A stretch of 63,901 nucleotides of DNA, counting the filler. It is 5 parts of 5 records of this genome, joined end to end, with 100 filler letters (N's around TTAATTAATTAA, not from the genome) between each part and the next. Parts side by side here need not be neighbours in the genome. Positions count along the whole stretch, not along the records: positions 58,776 to 63,901 come from SRR22947727_4298; 4 more parts are not named here. One strand, written 5' to 3'. The notes under the pieces are model-generated. The model was not told where the DNA came from and did no database searches. It saw only the letters and a list, made by a program, of their open reading frames with translations. Shown piece by piece: positions 58,864 to 63,901 of the stretch (position 1 is its first letter; the number at the start of each line of letters is the position of its first letter). Position numbers and translations under genes: made by a program.

Positions 58864-59667
58864 GTGAGCAGCCCAAACCAAAATGATGATATTCTTGAGC
58901 TTCGAAATATTCATAAAAGCTATGATGGGTTGGCCATTTTGCGCGGTGTCAGCCTATCGGCAAAGCCAGGGACGGTAACCTCGATTATTGGATCATCGGG
59001 TTCTGGAAAATCGACTTGGCTTCGTTGTGCCAATCTTCTTGAAACCTGTCAGGCTGGCGATATTGTTTTTGGCGGTGAGCCATTACGCTGGCATGGCGAA
59101 GCCGAAGAAAGACGCCCCGCAAATAATGCGCAGGTAAGGGCGCTTCGCCAACGTATCGCGATGGTGTTTCAGCAATTCAACCTTTGGACACATATGACGA
59201 TCCTCGACAATGTGATCGAGGCGCCAGTGACCGTTCTTGGCAAAAACCGTGAGCAGATGCGTGAGATCGGACGGTCATTGCTGGCCAAGGTTGGGATTGA
59301 AGATAAAGCAGATGTGTGGCCGGCAATGTTGTCAGGTGGGCAGCAGCAGCGCGCCGCCATTGCGCGCGCATTAGCCATGGAACCTGATGTGATCTTGCTG
59401 GACGAACCGACATCAGCCCTTGATCCAGAGCTTGAGGCCGAAGTTGTTGAGGTGATTTTACAGCTGGCGCGGGATGGCCGTACGATGATTATGGTGACGC
59501 ATGATATGCAGCTTGTCCGTGACATTTCGGATCAAGTGATTTTTCTGCATGAAGGACAAATTGAAGAACAGGGCGAGAGCGCACAATTATTTGATGCGCC
59601 GAAATCGCCAAGATTAAAGCAGTTTTTACGTTCATCTATTACAATTGACAATAAATCTGCTAGATAG
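58864..59667 (+). CDS. Polar amino-acid ABC transporter ATPase (HisP/OccP-like)
   Basis: GSSGSGKST, MVFQQFNLW, LSGGQQQR and DEPTSALDPE. Confidence 0.93.
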   Translation: MSSPNQNDDILELRNIHKSYDGLAILRGVSLSAKPGTVTSIIGSSGSGKSTWLRCANLLETCQAGDIVFGGEPLRWHGEAEERRPANNAQVRALRQRIAMVFQQFNLWTHMTILDNVIEAPVTVLGKNREQMREIGRSLLAKVGIEDKADVWPAMLSGGQQQRAAIARALAMEPDVILLDEPTSALDPELEAEVVEVILQLARDGRTMIMVTHDMQLVRDISDQVIFLHEGQIEEQGESAQLFDAPKSPRLKQFLRSSITIDNKSAR

Positions 59668-59793
59668 ATTGATAGTGATGGTCACGAATTGCTTTATGTG
59701 GCTATCAGTTGAGCTATCAGGAAATTTAATCATTGTTGTAAAGCAATTGATTCGTTTGGGACTTTTACGGAATATAAAACCCTATTCAGGAGT

Positions 59794-60522
59794 ATGAACA
59801 TGAAATCACTTTTAATTGCCGGATTGCTGACCGCTCTCAGCATCAATATAGCAACTGCCGACACAGTTCGCATGGGTACCGAAGGCGCTTACCCTCCTTA
59901 TAATTTTATCAATGATAAAAAAGAGGTTGATGGATTTGAGCGTCATCTTGGTGACGAACTTTGCAAGCGGGAAAATCTGACCTGTGTTTGGGTGGTAAAT
60001 GAGTGGGACTCAATCATTCCAAACCTGTTGGCAGGCAATTATGACACCATCATTGCTGGCATGTCGATTACCGACGAACGCGACAAGGTTATTGATTTTA
60101 CCCAAGCCTATTATCCACCAGCCCCGTCTTTTTATGTTGCGCTGGATGGTGCGAATGCCGATTTGAAAAGTGGCGTGATTGCTGCGCAAACCGGCACAAT
60201 TCAGGCAGGCCATGTCGCCGCGACCGGGGCAACGCTTGTTGAATTTGCAACGCCTGATGAAACCATCGCCGCCGTTCGCAATGGTGAGGCTGATGCGGTT
60301 CTTGCGGACAGCGATTATCTTGCACCAATCATCAAGGAATCTGGTGGTAAGCTGGTTCAGGTTGGCGAAGTTTATCTTGGTGACGGCATTGGTTTGGGCG
60401 TTCGTGAAACCGACACTGCGCTGAAAGAAAAAATGAACAAGGCGATCACGTCAATGAAACAAGACGGCTCATTGAACAAATTGCTTGTCAAATGGTTCGG
60501 TGCTGACGTCAAGACCTATTAA
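59794..60522 (+). CDS. Polar amino-acid ABC transporter substrate-binding protein
   Basis: Signal peptide; GTEGAYPPYN, WDSIIPNL and AGMSITDER. Confidence 0.93.
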   Translation: MNMKSLLIAGLLTALSINIATADTVRMGTEGAYPPYNFINDKKEVDGFERHLGDELCKRENLTCVWVVNEWDSIIPNLLAGNYDTIIAGMSITDERDKVIDFTQAYYPPAPSFYVALDGANADLKSGVIAAQTGTIQAGHVAATGATLVEFATPDETIAAVRNGEADAVLADSDYLAPIIKESGGKLVQVGEVYLGDGIGLGVRETDTALKEKMNKAITSMKQDGSLNKLLVKWFGADVKTY

Positions 60523-60549
60523 TGGCCGCTCTATCCATCATCATGAAAC

Positions 60550-60579
60550 CGGCCGGCAAAATTTTGTCGGCCGCTTTTT
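60550..60579 (+). terminator. Hairpin after the binding-protein gene (terminator or mRNA stabiliser)
   Basis: CGGCCGGCAA..TTGTCGGCCG followed by CTTTTT. Confidence 0.55.
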
Positions 60580-60647
60580 CAGTTGGGCATATTTTTGGCT
60601 GGCGACCAACATTTGCCGCCACAACAATGATCTGGTAATGCGCGGCT

Positions 60648-61535
60648 ATGTTTCCTGTCTGCGCTGATCCATCGCTTCTTTCTGGTTTAGACTGGTTTAG
60701 CTGTTATCTGACCACGCCAAAGCATCTTGCCTTTTTCGGATCTTTTGGTTTAGTGATGCTGCTGATTGCGGTTGTTGCGCCGGTTGCGCTTGCTATCGGG
60801 TTTGCCGCTGCGGTGGCCAGCCGGTCAGCATCGCCTTTATTATCGCTTCCTGGGCGCGGCTATATCGCGCTTGCCAGAGGTGTTCCCGATATTGTGTTTT
60901 TTCTTTTTGTTCCCATCGCACTAGATCAGGGGTTTGAATATCTGCGTTACCTTATGATCTGTCCGGATCAGCCGGATGGTGTCTGGCAGGGGAATAATTT
61001 TTTGGTCTGTAGCGCCGCCAAACTGCCGCCTTCAACCGCGGCACCAATATGGCACAGCGTCTATGGGTTTGGGCTTGCTGTTATTTCCTTCGGGCTTGTT
61101 TTTGGGGCGTTTGCTGGCAATGTTTTGGCTGGGTCTTTCAAGGCAGTGCCGATTGCCCAAATTCAAACGGGTGCCAGTTTTGGCATGACTCAATCCCAGA
61201 TTTTCCGCCGGATTCTTGTCCCGCAAATGTGGGTTTTTGCTTTGCCGGGTCTGTCTAATCTTTGGCAGATCCTGATCAAGGCAACGCCACTTTTATTTTT
61301 ATTAGGCTTGCAGGATATTGTCTATTGGGCGCGCGAACTTGGCAGCTCCAAGACCAGTATCTATGCCTATCCACATCCGGATTGGCGGTTATATTATTTC
61401 GGGTTTCTGTTGATTTTCTATCTTGGGCTTACCGCCATCAGCGAGGTCGCCTATAAGCGGATCATGGCACGTCTAAGCCGAGGGCAGGCCACGCTTGCCG
61501 GTTCGGGCAAGACGGGGCTGCGGGGTGGTGTTTAA
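60648..61535 (+). CDS. Polar amino-acid ABC permease (HisQ-like)
   Basis: RGVPDIV, EAA-loop-like segment and ALPGLSNLWQILIKAT. Confidence 0.9.
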   Translation: MFPVCADPSLLSGLDWFSCYLTTPKHLAFFGSFGLVMLLIAVVAPVALAIGFAAAVASRSASPLLSLPGRGYIALARGVPDIVFFLFVPIALDQGFEYLRYLMICPDQPDGVWQGNNFLVCSAAKLPPSTAAPIWHSVYGFGLAVISFGLVFGAFAGNVLAGSFKAVPIAQIQTGASFGMTQSQIFRRILVPQMWVFALPGLSNLWQILIKATPLLFLLGLQDIVYWARELGSSKTSIYAYPHPDWRLYYFGFLLIFYLGLTAISEVAYKRIMARLSRGQATLAGSGKTGLRGGV

Positions 61536-61539
61536 CGGG

Positions 61540-62382
61540 ATGAAGGCATGTTTTGACACCATTCAGGCCTATGGGCTTCGTGCAATTGGCATCGGCGAGC
61601 GTCTATTGCCAAAGACCGATATTACTTTATGTGAACAAATGGTGCTAATCGGTTCGGGGCTGATATGGAATGTCTATTTTGGTGTTTTGGCCATAGGTTT
61701 CGGCTTTTGGTTTGCTATCGGCTTGTCGCTTGGTCGGCAAAGCCGATTTGCGGCTTTGCGCTTGGTATCGTCCGGATTTGTTTTCCTTTTTCGCGGTTCG
61801 CCTTTGTTTATCCAGTTTTTCTTTGCCTATGAAGCCTTTGTTCTATTGCCAAAAATAGGAATAACAATCGATCTTGGTTTGGTTGTCATTGATGCCAGCA
61901 CAGGCTGGTTTACAAAAGCATGGGCAGGGGCGCTTTTTGTGCTGTTTTGCAATACCGCGGCCTATTCAAGCGAGATTTTCTCAGGGGCTTTGCAATCGGT
62001 ACCAAATGGGCAAATCGAGGCGGCGCGTGCAAGCGGCATGACCCGCTTCCAAATATTCCGCCGTGTTATGTTTCCGAATATGCTTCGCCTTGCGTGGCCT
62101 GCCTATATGAATGAAGCTATTTTCCTGTTTCATTCGACAACATTGGTGTTTTTTTCGGGTTTTCCGGCATGGCGGCAAGAAGGTGACGCGCTTTATTACG
62201 CGTCATATTTTGCGGAAAAAACCTTTAACCCTTTTGTGCCTTATCCGATTGTTGCGGGCTATTTCATTTTGCTGACGCTGGTGATTATCGCTGTTTTCAC
62301 CATTACCGGCGGCTATTTGAATCGTTCGCTTCCACAAGAACAGCGGGTCAAGCCGCGTTTTCGGCTGTTAATGTGGCGATAG
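61540..62382 (+). CDS. Polar amino-acid ABC permease (HisM-like)
   Basis: FRGSPLFIQ, NTAAYSSEI, QIEAARASGM and PAYMNEAI. Confidence 0.9.
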   Translation: MKACFDTIQAYGLRAIGIGERLLPKTDITLCEQMVLIGSGLIWNVYFGVLAIGFGFWFAIGLSLGRQSRFAALRLVSSGFVFLFRGSPLFIQFFFAYEAFVLLPKIGITIDLGLVVIDASTGWFTKAWAGALFVLFCNTAAYSSEIFSGALQSVPNGQIEAARASGMTRFQIFRRVMFPNMLRLAWPAYMNEAIFLFHSTTLVFFSGFPAWRQEGDALYYASYFAEKTFNPFVPYPIVAGYFILLTLVIIAVFTITGGYLNRSLPQEQRVKPRFRLLMWR

Positions 62383-62423
62383 ATGATGCGCCACAATGCT
62401 TAGGTTTTACCGGTCAAAAACCC

Positions 62424-63173
62424 TTAAGCGGTAGCGACCGGAACAAAAAGATAATCGGTGGCATCGCTAATGGCGGTCACCTGATCCCAGCCATAATCAT
62501 CATTCAAAATAAAGGCCTGATAGCCAGCGTCGATAAATTGCTGGAAAATGTCACTTGCCGACCCGGTAAAATTATCAGCGCGGCCCTGCACAAGCTCGAT
62601 AAACCAGATTGGCTTTGTTTTGTTGATTAAATTTGGCGCGCCGTTAATCACATGCTGTTCGGCGCCTTCAACATCAATTTTGACAATATCAACATGGGGT
62701 ATCGATTCGGCGGTCAAAAGATCGTCAAGACGTTTGGCCTGAACAGTCTCTACAAGTGCCGTCATTTCATCACCATCACCAATATGTGACAGCCCAACGC
62801 GCAATGAACCTGATTTTTTAACCGGCGTTTTCAATTGAACCTCGCCGCTTTCATGGCTAAGTGCCAGTTTGCGGCAACGAACCCTGTCGAGTTTTGCCGT
62901 AACGATTTTCAGAATGGCAAAGACGTAATTTGATGGTTCGATTGCCAGAACGAGTTTCGGTGGCTTTGCCGCCGCCATGAACGCTGTGGTGAACAGCCCG
63001 ACATTTGCGCCGATATCAATGATGACGGGTTCGGCAGCATTGCTTTTTGCCATGATGGCAGCCGCTAGCCGCATCATACGCTGGTTTCGTCTGGTTTTGG
63101 CAAGCAAACCAAGCCATCTGATTTTTTGGCCAAACGAATAGGATTTATTGAAAAGAACTGAACCGGAAATCAC
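62424..63173 (-). CDS. FkbM-family methyltransferase (start uncertain)
   Basis: IDIGANVG, AIEPS and KIDVEGAE. Confidence 0.88.
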   Translation of the reverse strand: MISGSVLFNKSYSFGQKIRWLGLLAKTRRNQRMMRLAAAIMAKSNAAEPVIIDIGANVGLFTTAFMAAAKPPKLVLAIEPSNYVFAILKIVTAKLDRVRCRKLALSHESGEVQLKTPVKKSGSLRVGLSHIGDGDEMTALVETVQAKRLDDLLTAESIPHVDIVKIDVEGAEQHVINGAPNLINKTKPIWFIELVQGRADNFTGSASDIFQQFIDAGYQAFILNDDYGWDQVTAISDATDYLFVPVATA

Positions 63174-63378
63174 GAACACAAAAACCCAAAGAAATTCAAA
63201 ATAAATAAGCAAAAATAGCTATAGTACAGATTATCCGAAGCCGAAAGGCGATTATGGTTTATCACCCATCCGAGGCCAGCCGCCAATTGTGAAAATTAGG
63301 CTTTTCGTGACGGCTATTTCTACCTATAACTAAGGTCATAACGCTGCATTGGCAGTATTTTTTTAGATTGAGGCTGTA

Positions 63379-63696
63379 ATGACCGCAAAAATTTACAAAC
63401 CCAGCAAAACGGCGATGCAGTCGGGGCGTAAAACCAAAATCAGCCGTGGATGTGAATGGGTTTTGGCCTATATGCGCAAAAGCGCTGCCAAGCCTGATCA
63501 ATTGATGGGGTGGCAGTCATCATCAGATACGGCGCGTCAGGTAAAGATGTATTTTCCTGATCTGGAATCGGCTGTTGCTTATGCTGAGGCCAATGACATT
63601 GATTATGTTGTTCAACAGCCGAAATCACGGCGCGTCAAGCCGCGCGCCTATGCTGATAATTTTGCCTTTACCCGCAATGGTGCCTGGACCCATTGA
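63379..63696 (+). CDS. ETC complex I accessory subunit (NDUFS4-like)
   Basis: AKIYKPSKTAMQSG, LMGWQSSSDT..QV..F and YADNFA. Confidence 0.92.
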   Translation: MTAKIYKPSKTAMQSGRKTKISRGCEWVLAYMRKSAAKPDQLMGWQSSSDTARQVKMYFPDLESAVAYAEANDIDYVVQQPKSRRVKPRAYADNFAFTRNGAWTH

Positions 63697-63753
63697 TCGC
63701 AGGCAAAGCCCACAGCCGTTTTCGTAACCATTATCCAAATACGCATCTTTGGG

Positions 63754-63794
63754 GGTGGCTTTAGGTTGGTGGCTTTAGATTGGTGCTTTAGATC
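63754..63794. repeat. Three-copy 14-bp tandem repeat
   Basis: GGTGGCTTTAGGTT / GGTGGCTTTAGATT / GGTG-CTTTAGATC. Confidence 0.8.
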
Positions 63795-63873
63795 GGGTTA
63801 GCCTTGCGTCATGGGCAAAAGGCATCTGGACAAATCGGGTAAAAACCGGCACAACCTGTCGCATCGTCAAAAT

Positions 63874-63901
63874 GGTTCCGTAGCTCAACTGGATAGAGCA
63901 G
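63874..63901 (+). tRNA. 5' end of a tRNA, probably Arg (truncated at window end)
   Basis: GGTTCCG-TA-GCTC-AACTGGATA-GAGC gives the acceptor strand and D-arm. The anticodon is not in the window. Confidence 0.75.

Noticed and set aside
63754-63794. CRISPR array
   Set aside because: The units are 14 bp with no spacers and there are no cas genes. No CRISPR array was seen anywhere in the window.

Overview
This window is not one locus. It joins five unrelated marine-type contigs with identical 100-bp artificial spacers (44 N + TTAATTAATTAA + 44 N at 10478-10577, 27027-27126, 48961-49060, 58676-58775). (1) 1-10477 is Rhodobacteraceae-like core chromosome: aminotransferase, non-pyrrolysine MttB-family methyltransferase, ABC-F, a GNAT gene with an in-frame amber codon, msrB, bamE, yceD-rpmF-plsX-fabH-ihfA-merR and a partial tRNA-Pro. 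(2) 10578-27026 is a Verrucomicrobia/Planctomycetes-like contig with four sulfatases, two PQQ-type beta-propellers and a divergent selenium pair, senB and selA. (3) 27127-48960 is an anoxygenic photosynthesis gene cluster, probably from an aerobic gammaproteobacterium (puhE/C/B/A, lhaA, bchM/L/H/B/N/F, ppsR, bchG, pucC-like, bchP), with PpsR boxes but no ppaA or acsF at their usual positions. (4) 49061-58675 is a dsDNA phage replication/early region (SSB, AEP primase, UvrD-like helicase, PolA with Leu at the 762-equivalent position). (5) 58776-63901 is an alphaproteobacterial contig with a polar amino-acid ABC transporter, an FkbM methyltransferase, a complex I accessory subunit and a partial tRNA. 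The best candidate for a new system is a compact phage regulatory cassette at 56030-57404. It holds a small ribbon-helix-helix gene, three sigma70 promoters carrying 10-bp-phased repeats, and an ~80-nt terminator-bounded RNA. The RNA's CUCC-loop hairpin is perfectly complementary over 13 nt to the RBS and start codon of the downstream ParB/DGQHR-like gene. All assignments come from motif reading; no searches were run.
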